Part shown: in pieces, positions 25,784-39,950 of the stretch
How the letters are laid out: every line of letters starts with the position of its first letter
How positions within the stretch are numbered: position 1 is the first letter of the stretch
DNA from: Octopus sinensis
Lineage: Eukaryota
DNA: 64,000 nucleotides
Assembly: GCF_006345805.1 (NCBI RefSeq)
Contig: NC_043014.1
Coordinates: 20,584,001 to 20,648,000, forward strand
Direction of reading: 5' to 3'
Made by a program: the position numbers and the translations under genes
Notes under the pieces: model-generated
Told to the model about the DNA's origin: nothing
Databases searched by the model: none
What the model saw: the letters and a program-made list of their open reading frames with translations, nothing else

Positions 25784-26084
25784 CATACATACATACATAC
25801 ATACATACATACATAATACATACATACAGACAAGTGTGTGTGTGTGTGTGTGTGTATGTTTGGATCGCTTACCGCTTCGGTGTTAGCTCTACATAAAAAT
25901 TAGTGAGATTAAAAAACCTCGTTTTCATTTTTTTTTTCTATGTCAGTGTTTATTAAGTAATATAAAGTAACGCTATTTAACGGGAGTATTTTTTCGTTTT
26001 CTTTCGAAATCATTTTGGTAAATTGCATGGATGGTACGCTCAATGTCTTGCTCTCTTCGATATGCCATTATTGTATACACAATG

Positions 26085-26702
26085 AAGGCGGTGAGGTGGC
26101 AGAAACGTTAGCACGCCGGGTGAAATGCTTAGCCGTATTTCGTCTGCCGCTACGTTCTGAGTTCAAATTCCGCCGAGATCGACTTTGCCTTTCATCCTTT
26201 CGGGGTCGATTAAATAAGTACCAGATACGCACTGGGGTCGATATAATCGACTTAATCCCTTTGTCTGGCCTTGTTTGTGCCCTCTATGTATAGCCCCTTG
26301 GGGGCAATAAAGAATTAAGAATCGTTAGCAGGCCGGGCGAAACAGCGGTATTTCGTCTGCCACTATGTTCTGAGTTCGACTTTGCCTTTCATCCTTTCGG
26401 GGTCGATATATTAAGGACAAGTTGAGTACTGGAGTCGATGTGATTGGCTATTCCCCTCCCCACAAAATCCAGGTCTTGTGCCTATAGTAGATCGGAATAT
26501 TATATACACAATGTAATGTGGCTAGCTGGTAGAATCGTTAGCACGCCGGGCAAAAGGTTTAGCGCCATTTCGCCCGTCTTTACCTCTAAGTTCAAATTCC
26601 GCCGAGGTCGACTTTACCTTTCATTCCATCGTGGTCAATAATATGCATACCAGTTGAGCACTGATGTTGCTGTAATCGATTTACCTCTACCCCAAAATTG
26701 CT
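26085..26702 (+). mobile_element. Three tandem Meta-domain tRNA SINE copies
   Basis: Heads at about 26087, 26320 and 26518, with 'gactttgcctttcatcctttcggggtcgat' or a variant. Confidence 0.85.
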
Positions 26703-27739
26703 CACCTAAATTTAAGACCTTTATTATCCTCACAAAGCCATAGAAATATATGAAAAACGAAATCATTAACACGGAAAACGAAATGCAATAAATATACGTG
26801 TTGTATAAAATATGTTATACACAAATACGGTCTCTGTGAAAAACATAATAAATTACACGAAAGACGATATATAATAAAAATTGTAAACTGCAATATACAA
26901 AATCAGTTCCACGTAAAACGAAATGCAATAAAAATACGCGGTGAATGGAAAACAGTATGCAATAAAAATCGGTTTATGTGTAAAACGAAATCCCATGAAC
27001 GATAGACAAAATGCGCTAGATGTATAAATTATTTAAGAAAGCGGCATAAGTCGGGCGAAAAGCGAACTGCATTAAAAATAATTATATAAAAGAAACAAAT
27101 TTGATTAAAATACGTTTATGATCATATTTAATTGTACATGACATAGTAACATAATTTCATTTAAGCCAACGCGGGAGCCACTATGTTTTAGCTCAGCCTA
27201 CCATAAACATCAGCAAGACCTCCCTAAATCGCAGCATTCCGTTTTAGAAAAAAGGTACTAAAAATAATATTGTCATAAATACACTGTAACTGAATAAAAG
27301 AGATCAATTTATAATACGTTTAATCAAAAGTCTGCCGGCTGTATGAGTTACTGTCCTGTGGCTAAGCAACAACACAGTTGCTTTTTAGATACTGGTGATA
27401 AGGAATAGTCAGTATTGATGACTAGAGTAGTTAGTAGTGGTGGCCAAGTTAGTACTGTTGGTTATAAAAGTTGGTATTGATAACTATAACAGTATTATAA
27501 CCATTACCTACAACAGTGGCCATCGATAAGCATATGTTGGCGTTTAATAGTTAATACTGCTGAATATTACAGATCGTATTGCTGTTCATAATAGTTTCAG
27601 CAGCTTTAATATTTAATGCTGCTAATTATAATACTATTGCTGACTATAATAGTTAGTATTGCTGGTTCTAATAGTTATTCTCGACGACTGTGACTAGAGC
27701 TATAGAATCTATTGATAGCCGTTGACAGTAATAACACTG

Positions 27740-28742
27740 ATTTCAAATTTAGAAGTGGGGATAAGTCAGTTACATCAACCCAAGTGCTCAGCTTGTACTT
27801 ATTTTATCGACTCTGAAAGGATCAAAGGCAAAGTCGGCCTCGGTGAAATTTGAATTCAGAACGTAAAGACGGACAAAATTCCGCTAAGCAGTTTTCCCTG
27901 CGTGCTAACGATTCCGCTAGCTCACAGCCTTAGTTGACAGTAATAACATTGGTTGATTAATCCCAGATCATTCTTGGCTGAGCAGACTTTTAGTCAAAAG
28001 CGTTCCAGGCATGATCATCCAGTTTCTTTATTGGACACACTTTGTGCTGGACTAAATTATTCAGTGAATCTGATTTTTTAATAATGTAGGGTGTATGATT
28101 TGAGAGAGAATTCTATCAGAAGGAAAGTAGTAGATCCCATCATTAAGTACAAGAAAAGGCGATGAGCTGGCAGAATCGTTAGCATACCGGACGATATGCT
28201 TAGTGGTATTTCGTCCGTCTTCATGATCTGAGTTCAAGTTCCGCCGAGATCGACTTCGCTTTTCATCCTTTCGGAGTCCATCAAATAAGTACCAGTCACG
28301 GTTTGGGAGTCGATGAAATTGATTATCCCCTTTCCCCAAATTTCAGTCCTTGTGCCTATTGTAGAAAGGATTATTAAGGTACAAGAATTAATATTGGGTG
28401 ACTGTAATAGTTTTTGGTGGCTTTGACAAAATTAGTAATAATCTATAACACTTTGTTAGTCAAATTTCTCTCGATTGTTACATTTTCAATAAGCTTAACT
28501 ATCTCTTATCTTTTTTTTATTTCAGCCATAAGACTGCGCCCATGCCGAGGCACTGCTTTGAAGAGTATTAGTCAAATAAATCGACCCTAGCACTTACGGT
28601 TTAAGTTTAGTATTTAATCTATCGGTCTTTTCTGCGGAACCACTAACATATAGACGTAAACAAACTAACACCAGTTTTCAAGTTATGGATGATGGGGATA
28701 TACTCAGACACAACCCTCCACATGCATAAATATATTTGTGTA

Positions 28743-28814
<72 letters not shown>

Positions 28815-29222
28815 CTGTGTGTGTGTATGTTTCTGTCTACCAAATCCACTGACAAAGCATTGGTCAAGTCGGAGCTATGGTTGAACACATTTGCACCAAG
28901 TGCCGTGCTGTATAACTAAACCCGAAACTCAATTTGCTGAACGAGCTTCTTAACCACACAGCCATGCCTGCTTTTGAGGAACAAAGCTGAAGACATAATT
29001 GAAATATTAATTTCAAATTTTGGCACGCAGCCAGTAATTTCGGGGAAAGGGGTAAATCGATTACATCGACACCAATGAAGAAATGGTACTCGTTTTATCA
29101 TCACCGAAAGGATGAAAAGCAAATCGACCACGCCGGCATTTGAATTCAGAACGTATAGTCGAGAGAAATGCCGCTAAGCATTTTTCCCGCCGCAGTAATG
29201 ATTCCGCCGGCTCGCCGCCTTT
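27740..29222. mobile_element. Cluster of SINEs: Meta-family at 27740-27930 (-), 28158-28370 (+) and 29010-29222 (-); major family at 28500-28970 (-)
   Basis: Family motifs as above. Confidence 0.75.
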
Positions 29223-31022
29223 AACAGAATTGAATTATTTAATACAACAAAACAATGATATGAACATAAAGTGTGTTCTTTACAACTTACACAATATATT
29301 GTGTCGATTTGTAAAGGTACTTTACGCAAACACTCTATGTTAGTTACGCATCAAAATAAAAATGAAAATAAAAATCATATTATAAAATGTGGAATTCCTA
29401 TGGCCAACCACTGAGTAGTAAATAATACAAAATAATACTAACCACAGCTTTCTTTTTCCCCCATTCGTTAACTTTTAAGTGGTAATTGGGTATCAATTAG
29501 TGGACAACTGAAATATTTCTTTGTATTATGATTATGAATTTTAATGCGACAGTGGACGATTTCACAACCTACGTAGCAGTCCTACTTGTTGCACCTACTA
29601 CGCTATGTGTCTCTTGATAGACAGACGGGAAGTGGAGCACGGCTTAGCTCGCGGGGAAGAGGAGAATGGGAAATTAATGTTACCTGGTTACTTTGGTAGT
29701 TAAGTTTCTTGGGGGCCTTTGTCATGTCAGGAATTTCTCCAAACACCACAAACGTAACCATGCACGCGTCACATGCACTCACACGCACACACACACATAC
29801 ACACGGAGGCATCCTGCACACGCACAGACACACACGCACAAATGCATACATAGGTACATGCATATATGCTCACATATATGCAAACACACACAAACACACA
29901 TAGGTACGTTTACATTATATATGCATAAACGAATGTGTGCATGCCCGCGTGTGTCTGTGTACGTGTGTATGTGCGTGCGTGCGTGTGTTATTTTCATAAA
30001 TACAAGCATTCATATTCACAAACACAAGCATACATACATACATACATACATACATACATACATACATACATACATACATACGTACATACATACACAGGCA
30101 TGCACATACAGGATCACACATATAAACACGCAATCATTCACAACCGCAACTAATCAAACCTGTGATTGACGTTATTCCAACCGTATCTATCCTGTATTTC
30201 AAGACAAATTTTGGATTATATTATATCAGATGTCTTTTCCTTATTTAAGACGGTGGAGTGTGAATTGTAGAAGATTTAGACCAATAGTTTCCGTCCTGGG
30301 TTCATATGACCCTTTGGGGGTTCATATGAGATTTTATTATCAAAATTTATGTACAATAAACTGTTTATATGTCTGCAATAAACAAAATATTTGGACAATT
30401 CCTTATAATATTCCGTTATAAAAATAATCATCGAATGGTTATGGAGGTCTAGGAGAACAAAATAGAAATTAAACGGGTCCATAGAGAACAGAATGGTTGA
30501 AAACCATTATGTAGGAGATGATAGAAACAATAATGTAGTTGGTGGTATCAGTAGCGGCGGTGGTGGTGGTCGTAGTGGTGGTGGTGGTGGTGCTGGTGAT
30601 GGTGGTGGTGGTGGTGGTGGTGTCAGAGCTGGGGCTGGAGAGTGGATGTTAATTCTGTACAAGATGGCGTATGATTAGCGGTTACGAGGGAAGTGGTGAT
30701 GACAAAGGTGGTGGAGTTCATGGTGATGCCGGTGGTGGTGATGATGGTTTGGGGGCTAGGGGATCTCGGTGCTAGTTGATATTGCTAGGGGATCTTGTGG
30801 TGATGGTGGTGACATTTGTGATGTTCTTGATACTGGTTGTTGTACTAGGGGGTGGAGAATAGTACAGAGGTAATATTGAGTACACAAAATGTCGACTTTG
30901 CCTTTCATCTTTCAGGGTCGATAAATTAAGTACAAGTTGCGTACTGGGGTCGATCTAATCGACTGGCCCCTTCCCCAAAATTTCGGGCCTTGTGCCTAGA
31001 GTAGAAAAGATTATTATTATTA

Positions 31023-31078
<56 letters not shown>

Positions 31079-31623
31079 GAGTGAGAGAGCAATGCATGCC
31101 ATCAAAGTGACACTGGGGTAAACTATACGAAGCCCATTATACCCATCATGACTACCCATCTGATAAGGGTACACCAGGCTCATGCATCACAACCATATGT
31201 GCGCGATATGGTGATCTCATATCAAGATAAACAGCACATGACCTTGCAGGTAGGGCCCAGTTAGAATTTTCTTCTGGTCGAGTAGCCCATCCCGCTCAAA
31301 AGGTCCCTGAATAAGGATTGTTTAATGATGTTGAACAAACAACCCATGTTTCCAGAGGTGAATTATCCAAACCTCCAAGAATTCCTTCCAACACACGGCT
31401 ATGATGGTTCCCCACTACTTCTGCTTGTGATCAGAGATGCACATATCGTCACCCACTAAGGGACATGGTCAACTAGTTATGGTCAAACAATTGACAAGCA
31501 AATCAGTGATATTGAGTAGAATATTTGCTGTAGCCCATCTTTTATACCAAGACAAATATGTATATTATAACACTTCCAATCAGTTAAGATCAGAAGCCAT
31601 GAGGACCACTGTCTGGTACTGCA
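31079..31623 (-). mobile_element. ~545-bp non-coding element inserted in an (ATT)n microsatellite
   Basis: Unique-looking sequence bounded exactly by (ATT)n on both sides (31010-31078 and 31624-31667). No ORF. Strand is inferred from the longer AAT tail. Confidence 0.55.
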
Positions 31624-31923
31624 TATTATCATTATTATTATTATTATTGTTGTTATTATTATTATTATGAGAAAGTGGGCTGGCAGAATCGTTTGTATGC
31701 TGGGCAGAATGCATAGCGGTATTCCACCCGTCGCTACGTTCTGAATTCAAATTTCGTGGACTTTGCCTTTCATCCTTTTGGGATCGATAAATGAAGTACC
31801 AGTGAAACAGTGGGGTTGATGTAATCGACTTAATCCCCTCCCCCAAGCTGCCCTTGTGGCAAAAAATTTGAGATCATTATTATTGTTGTTGTTGTTGTTG
31901 TTGTTGTTTTTGTTGTTGCTTTA

Positions 31924-32064
31924 TTTCCTTTGTCTTACATTTTTCGTCACACATTCTGTGACCTCTTTAGCGATCTCCATCCCATTTTCTGACAGGACAC
32001 ACGTGAGGTGGAGAGTGGCTAAAGAGGTCATAGGATGTGAGACGAAAGATTTAAGACAGAGGAC
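31924..32064. repeat. Imperfect hairpin with ~57-bp arms, extended by (TTG/TTA)n and (AAT)n
   Basis: 31924-31980 pairs with 32008-32064. Confidence 0.8.
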
Positions 32065-32066
32065 AC

Positions 32067-32122
<56 letters not shown>

Positions 32123-32721
32123 CTGAAGTGAAGACCAAGTATATAGCGCGTGCGTTTAATTAGTAAAAATATGCCCATAACAATATATGTTTCAACAAAT
32201 TATAAAAATATTAATAGAAAGACATGCATTAGCGTAAATTATAATTACTTTCAAAAACAGGCATGAGAGAGAACTTAAATTTCAGTTGATCAAAAATTTA
32301 TTGCAAAATAACTACTGGTGTAGGAAGCTAGATATTCGGTAATTATAATAAAAATTTCGGATATGCTTCCATGTTATTATCACGACACATGTGCCTAAAC
32401 GCTAGAACGACTAAGAAATATAGGATTTTATATGAAAATAATTAACTGATTGAGAAAATAATAATTGTGGCGTTACAGAATTTGCTATGGGCATCTTCAG
32501 TATAAAAAGCATTCTAACTCGCATGTTATCATTCCTAAAATGGTAATAAAAAATAAATTTAGGTTCAAAATGATAACTGTAATGACAAATAAGGAATCTA
32601 TGGTATTCAAATTTTCTCTCAAAACGAGAAAGGAAGGGGAAAAATACGCATATACTTGTATAAGTGATTGTCTGAATGCGTGTCTGTGTGTGTGTGTGTG
32701 TAATATTTTCTAGGCGACAAA

Positions 32722-32922
32722 ATGCGGCGAGCTGACAGGATCGTTAGCACGCCAGGCAAAATGTTTAGCAACGATTCACCCCCTCCTTACGTTCTGAGTT
32801 TAAATTCCACACAGGTCATCTTTTCGGGGTCGATAAGATAAATATCAGTTAAACACTGGGGTCGATGTAATCGACTTACACCTTCCTCCGAAATCACTGG
32901 CCTTGTGCCAAGATTTGAAATC
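32722..32922 (+). mobile_element. Meta-domain tRNA SINE
   Basis: 'gcggcgagctgacaggatcgttagcacgcc..gttctgagtttaaattcc'. Confidence 0.8.
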
Positions 32923-33605
32923 AATATTTTCTAAGCAACAAGTAAAGTTGTTTTACTGAAGACGCCTCTTGAGATAGGAGCAGACACATATTTTCTTATA
33001 CTTATGACCATCCGGGAAATGTTAATCTATTGAGGCTCAGGATTTTGTAGCTACTTTTGTTTTAATATTCAAGGAAAAAACGTGGGTCGAAAAACAGACT
33101 CTTTTTTTTTTTTTTAATGGAATGTTAATACCAGAACGACCTAAAAATTGTCTCACCTTCTCAGACCGAATCAATCTTACTACAAGAATTTTTAGAAATT
33201 TCTCTCAAGGCGACGGTAAATTAAAGAGATCAAAAATTTATGTGGCATAGTAATCGATATAACCTTATTCGTCATTACTGTCAAGTTTGTACCACTGGAC
33301 ACTTTAGCTTATTTCCTTTAGCTCATTTTCCTTTCAATTATTCACAACTGGTTACATATAGGCACACACACAGAGTCGCATACATACGCACAAATACTCT
33401 CACACGCACATGCAAGATATGCACGCACACATATCTTGTGTCATGCATGTGTTAGTATCAGTAATCATCATGAATTGAAAAAATATACATACATAGAAAT
33501 AAATATATATACATACATACACTTATACGTCTGCTGATAAGTTTGTATAGTTGTATCTACGTAGGTGTACTTATCTATACAGATGATGTACATAACTGCA
33601 TATGC

Positions 33606-33679
<74 letters not shown>

Positions 33680-33761
33680 TGTATGTATATTTATATATAT
33701 ATGTATACACACACACATATATATATATGCATATATATGTATATGAGTAAATATCTATCCA

Positions 33762-33806
<45 letters not shown>

Positions 33807-33968
33807 CGTATATAATTTGTATAATTTGTGTATAAATATATTTAAATATATATATACATATGTATATATGTATGTGTATATGTATGTATGCATGCATGCA
33901 TGTATGTATGTATGTATGTATGTATGTATGTATGTATGTATGTATGTATGTATGTATGTATGTATGTA

Positions 33969-34560
33969 TACTGGGTGTGAGAGATGTTTGAGGACATGTT
34001 AAGTAATTTAATAAATCAACTCTTATCTAGAAAAGCCAAATGTATTCTAATTAAAATGTGTGCACACGTTCTCAGTAAGCCTTCCTATAAAATTCTCTTG
34101 TGAATCCAACTTCAGCTTCGAATACTGCTTAAGTGCAGGATAAGAATCGTAGGCACGTTTGCACCAAATGGTCTTTATTCATTCTGGACATTATCTGGTC
34201 AATGGCGACCTTCAATAGAGCCATGAAATTGTGAGGATGTACATTAGTTTCCCACTCAACACGCTCCAAACGTAGTATACATGAAATTTTTATCTGGAGA
34301 CCACAAGTTAAATGTTAAATGATCATAAAGATTATCTCATATCCATTCTGGGTCACTTGGGCTTTGTGAGAAGGTACTCTGTTTTGTTAGATCCTGCATG
34401 GTCTACTGCGTACTTCATTCGTCCAAGGCTGAACTACTGTCTGCAGCTCATAAGCGTATCCAGCTACATTAATTTAAATCCCTGTGGAAAGACGTGAGGT
34501 AGTATGACATTAGTTTCATTACTCACTACTCCTAAAACCATCTCAATTGATGGAAATTTT
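33969..34560 (-). mobile_element. Decayed mariner-like (maT/DD37D-type) transposase, 3' half
   Basis: Frameshifted 'VVQPWMNEV..PSHKAQVTQN..NLWSP..YYVWS'. Terminus 'ta-ctgggtgtg' at 33969. Confidence 0.6.
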
Positions 34561-34763
34561 GTGTACATCACTCTGGATATATTAAATAGAACTGCACACA
34601 ATCATCTATCATTTTCCATGTTACACTTTTGGTTTTGGTCAAAGCATTTTCATATGTACTTATTTTTGCATGAATGTATGTATATGTTAAAAATATATAT
34701 ATTAGCGATAGAGGCACTATTAATACTAAGAAGTAATATTTATCCCACATAAACGTGTTGTTC

Positions 34764-37735
34764 TGTTAGAACAAGTTACATTGCAGTAGTTACCATTAGA
34801 GAAACTCTCATATTGACTTTTGGTGCAAAATGCACTTTTGTTTATGTTGTAAAGTGGGTTCCTCCCACTGGTAAGAATGTGTGACTGCCGCTGTTTTACG
34901 CTAGTAGCCACAATAATTAATAGTCATCGGATACCGTTGTGTCTCTTCGTACCGGAATAATAATACACTAACTTCTATCTTACTATCGCTGACATGTCCA
35001 AAAGACACCGACTAGAACTGTCGATTCTCGACCCTCGCTTGACGACCGGCTACTGGTCTATTTATAATGGCTGATTCCACATTTTACCGGGAGTGGTGTA
35101 CAGCTTCCCTATACATCTCTTAATTGTTTTATTTAACAATCAATTTCTTTTATTCACCACACTTTCTCTTCTTTTTTCATACATATACTCAATATCTTTT
35201 CTTCTTTGGGTCTACTTTTAGGAATTCAGTGTTCTTCCGTTTCCTTGTACGTGTGCCTTCGACTTCTAACGGTGTAGGAACCTGAAAAGTATCATATAGC
35301 CAATCCGTCGGTATTTCTACTCATATTGGTTCCTTTTCAATGACTCTTTCCTTAAGCTGATTTCTATATCTTCTTTCCATTCTATTTCTGCTTCTTACAC
35401 CATACATCATTCTTCCTATGTATGTTACAATTTCTCCTTCCTAGTATATTGCTTGCCATTTATATACATTCTTTCATATACCTTATCATCGATTTTAAAG
35501 AATTTTGGCATGCCTTTACTAGCACGTATTTTTTTCTTCGGTGGCAACAGTTTATCGAATACCGACTTCACCTTTCTGGCAAACTTTAATTCTGCTGGTG
35601 AACTTCCTTCTGGCGCCTTTTGATTCTGAGTTACCCTGTATACCCTTAAGAATTTTTGGCTTGCGACTTCGTGCGTGGCTTCCTTATTAACTTTCTTTAA
35701 AGCTCTCTTAAAAGTGTCCACGAACCATTCAGCCCGTCCATTCGATCTAGGGTGATACGGTGCTATAGTTTTATACTCTAACGTGAACATCTCGCAAAAT
35801 CTTTTAAACTGTGTTTTGTTATCAGAGACAACTATATCCGGTGCACCAAATCTTGCGAACAGCTCGTGTAAGAAGTTTATTACCGTATATGAAGTTGGTC
35901 GTGAACACCTCGCGACCTCAGGCCATTTTGTGTAGCTGTCCACTACCATTAAGTAATGATATCCATTTACCGGGCCTGCAAAATCGATATATAGTCGAGA
36001 CCATAATATTTTCACTTCCAGCCAATGTTCATATTTTGTGGTAGGTAATTTCGCTACCAGAATTTCAACTTTTTTGTCCATGCTCGGCCAGTATGCAAAA
36101 CTTCACACCAGCGCTTTCATTTTAGAGATGCCTGGGTGTCCCACATGGAACTCTTTTAGCATTATCTTCTGTTATGCCTGTGGTATGACAACACTCTGAG
36201 CGTACATTAATACACCATCACATATAGAGTACACGCTCACATCTTGACGGTTCTCTCAATCAGACCTTTCTTTATTTCCTTTTGTCGACTACAGCTTTGT
36301 TTGTTTGTTTGTTTTTGTCTCATTTATAAATTTGTCATTTCTCATATTTCTTTCTATATCTTCCAAAGTTACTAGTAGTTCATGCACGATGTTCCATTCT
36401 CTTTTTTTTCCGCTTCCACTCCAGCAGTTCGTTATTTCTCGGAATTAATCTACACAGCCCATCGGTATGCCTCAACATTTTTGATGGCTGATATTCCATT
36501 CTATAATCGTAGTTTAATAGAATGGTACCTCACCGCTGCAGTCTGTTTGCCGTATTTATCGGAATTCCTTTTTTGGATCTGTATATCGTTATTAGAGATC
36601 AGTGATCCGTTTGCAGCCAAAATTGTCTGCCGTGAATGAGCATGTAGAACTTTTTCACACCAAATATAATAGCCAACGCCTATTTTTCAATCTGGCTATA
36701 GCACTTTTCTGCCGGAGCTGCCCACTCTGCATGGTCAATCTTTTCAATTATATTCAGGCTTTCAGGCTTTATTGACCTGATCTACCGCTTCAAACGGCAC
36801 GTTCTGTTGGACCTGAAAATAGGTGTTGAATTTTCTTTGGCAGCAATCCTTACTTTGTTTTTGTGCAACAGCCTAAATCTTCCGAAAAAACTTTTGGGCA
36901 AGTTTCTTTCATTTTTTGTCTCAGTTCATCGGCCTCGTTTGATCGTTTGACTGCTCCGTTTACGTTATTGCACAAAACACTTATAGGTGTATCCCATAAA
37001 TTAAATTTCTTCATACTTTCGGTGCCAAATAAATTCATGGATTTTTCAACACATAAACATTCACGATTTTGCTTCGACCTTTGAACATTATATCGCAAAC
37101 GCATTCGCCATACGCTATTTTGTTTGGACCACATAATTTTGCTTTACTCATTTGTTCCCATGTTTTCTCATTTATGATTGCGATGTCACTTCCCGTGTCT
37201 AATTGTATTCTGACACTGGTGGTTTCAATTCTCGTATTCACGAATTTTCTGTTTGTTGTAGTCACAACTTTTCCTGTTGATAAACTACTTATTTTTACTT
37301 ATTTGTTCTATTTTGCAGGGCGATTTTGTAAATCCGCAGTTAAAACACTTTCCTTTTTTATACGGACAATATTTTATCAGGTGCATCCCACCACATACCA
37401 TACATGGAACTACATCACGATATTTTTTCTGGGTTTTTTTTTCTGCAACACTTTATTTGTCTTCCGACTTTTTTGCACTGGTCTTATGTGAAAGCACTCT
37501 TTCCGTTGAAATTCTTCTGTGCCATACCTTAATTTTAAAATCATATCACCCTCTTCCGACAGCTTCTGCCAATGTCAAATCCTGGTTCTTTTCCAGTTAT
37601 GTTAGAATTTTCGTTCGGATTTCTGCATCTCCTTTATCTGTCAATCCTTGTGCAAAAATCAAACACTTGAAAGAATCTGGAGTAAGCATATCCAGCCTAA
37701 ATCTCTCATATTCTTTGTTGACACTGCCTGTGTAA
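34764..37735 (-). mobile_element. Second Mag-like Gypsy element (gag-PR, RNase H, integrase, probable 3' LTR at ~34764-35115); RT largely deleted
   Basis: Integrase ORF 35425-36081 'WSRLYIDFAGP..VVDSYTKWPE..VSDN..APYHPRSNGRAE'. RNase H 'YSQIEK..LAIIFG'. Protease 'QLDTGSD'. Confidence 0.85.
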
Positions 37736-37821
37736 GTAGTGAAGTCATCCAGGCCTTTAGTGATACCCTGGAAGCCAGAAACTTTTCAGCACCTCCTCGT
37801 ATAAATATTGATTTCAGATTT

Positions 37822-38020
37822 TGGCAAAAGGCCAACAATTTCGAGGAAAGGAGCTCACCGATTACATCGACTCCAGTGCGCAACAGATACTTGTTTTTAT
37901 CGACCCCAAAACAATGAAATACAAAGCTGACCTCAGCGGAATTTGTACTGACAACGTAATGACGATCGAAATACCATTAAGCATTTTGCCAGGCAAGCGA
38001 ACGATTCTGCTAGCTCACTG
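37822..38020 (-). mobile_element. Meta-domain tRNA SINE
   Basis: Family motifs. Confidence 0.75.
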
Positions 38021-38468
38021 TCTTGCACACACGTACACACACACATATTAAAATGTGTAAGTGTGTGCGTGCGTGTGTATGCATGTTGTTTGTGTGTGTG
38101 TGTGTGTGTGGTGTGTGTGTGTGTGTGTGTGTATGTGTGCGTGTGTGTATACATATATACTTCTGCATACGTATACACGTTCATGCCTTCTCAGACATTC
38201 GTTGTTATAGCAATGAAGTGGATGTTTCATTATCGAAAAGACGAGTAAATAAACTCCTGCCCTTATATTGAGCACTCTTTTTCTTTCTTTCTTTCTTCCT
38301 TCTTTCCTTTTTTCTTTCTTTCTTTCCTTCTCTTTCTCCCTCTCTCTCTCTCTCCCTCCCACTTTTCCTATTTCTTTTTTCTTGTGTTCTCTTTAATTTA
38401 TATATATACTCATATGTATGCTTATCTCTGAATTATTTATATATATATGTGTATATATATATATATAT

Positions 38469-38504
<36 letters not shown>

Positions 38505-38866
38505 CATATATCCATGTCTTTATCTAAGTATGCGTAGTTAGTGTAAATATTTACCTATCCCACGCTATAATGCAATAAATAGGGCCCATTGTTTGACAAT
38601 TCTTAAATAAATGTTTACATTAACCTGAGATCAGCACAATAGACGGAAGAGAACTGTTAAATACATTATGCGATGTTCAGGCCTTACCTGGAATCCTCAT
38701 AAAGTAGGGTATTGATGAGTATTATTAAGGGGCTTTATATTAAAACTTTTCATCAACATCCTACTGCATTATATATGCTGAGATACAAACATACATGCAT
38801 ACATAAATGGGAAGCGCGCGTGCATTTGTGTGTGCTTATATATACATATAAATATATATATATATA

Positions 38867-38897
<31 letters not shown>

Positions 38898-39059
38898 TGT
38901 ATGTATGCATGCATGTATGTATGTATGTATGTATGTATGTATGTATGTATGTATGTATGTATGTATGTATGTATGTATGTATGTATGTATGTATGTATGT
39001 GTGTCTCTACACACACAGACTCACAAAGTGCTTACAGTTTGTCTACGATACTGAAAACT

Positions 39060-39236
39060 GTCAATGGGAAGGGGTGTATCGAATAGTTGCAACATTGTTT
39101 TCACTAGGAGACAGAATTAAAATATTTATCCACTTCCTCCGTAAGTAGAATACTCTAAATATGCTATAATCATTTAATGTATTTATACGAGAGAAGTTAG
39201 AACAAGACATTCTATATATGTATGTATATGCATACA

Positions 39237-39272
<36 letters not shown>

Positions 39273-39950
39273 TGTATGCATGTATGTATGTATGTGTGTG
39301 TGTTTGTGTGCGTACATACGTACATACATAAATGTATACATACATACACACATTTCGATTAGGCGCACTTTTCATACCTAGCTTTATTTTCAGGTTTCGG
39401 TCATTTTTTACTGTCATAGTTTAAAGCCATTATAAGCGAGAACGTCATTATAGTAAAGGCTGTCTTTTCGAATATAGTGAGTGGCTATAAGGTTTTTAAA
39501 GACGATAGAAGGTGGGATGACTGTGTATATAAGTAAGTTTTTCATTTCTTTTATGTTAGGGGTTGTAGCATTTTAAGTTTATGTCCAGGGAAACGTTTAA
39601 GGAATTAACTTTAGTGTGGTTTGTGGTTACTGTTATTTTGAGATCCCATCTGCTAAAAATAGACATGAGATTTTTTTTCATGGAGAATGTGGCCATCATC
39701 GCCGAGGGCTGTGCCTAATGTATTATCACAGTATAGACCAATATCATGGAAAGGTAACATGGAATATTTAATATAAAGTGACCTATTAGATCACATATTT
39801 CAGGACATCCGAACGGGCCCATTTTTTTATCTATGCTGTATCCTTACTGATGAGATGGAGAGTTCGAGCATGTATGATAAAATCAAGTTCTGTTAGCTCA
39901 ATGTCGACATGCTATCATTTTGAATTTTTTGTTTTTTGTAATGTTTCGCT
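39060..39950 (-). mobile_element. Decayed PLE reverse-transcriptase fragment, interrupted by (TATG)n
   Basis: Frameshifted 'MGPFG..ICDLIGHFIL..IGLYCDNTLG..IFSRWDLKITVTTNHTKVNSLNVSLD' resembles the MGSFDGAE..GLYRDDGL type of PLE RT. Confidence 0.6.

Noticed and set aside
30493-30678. Gly-rich ORF
   Set aside because: (GGT)n microsatellite.
38680-38765. Possible minus-strand exon ending CAG|gtaag
   Set aside because: Stops in all frames and no clear acceptor. It could be a UTR exon, but this cannot be supported from sequence alone.
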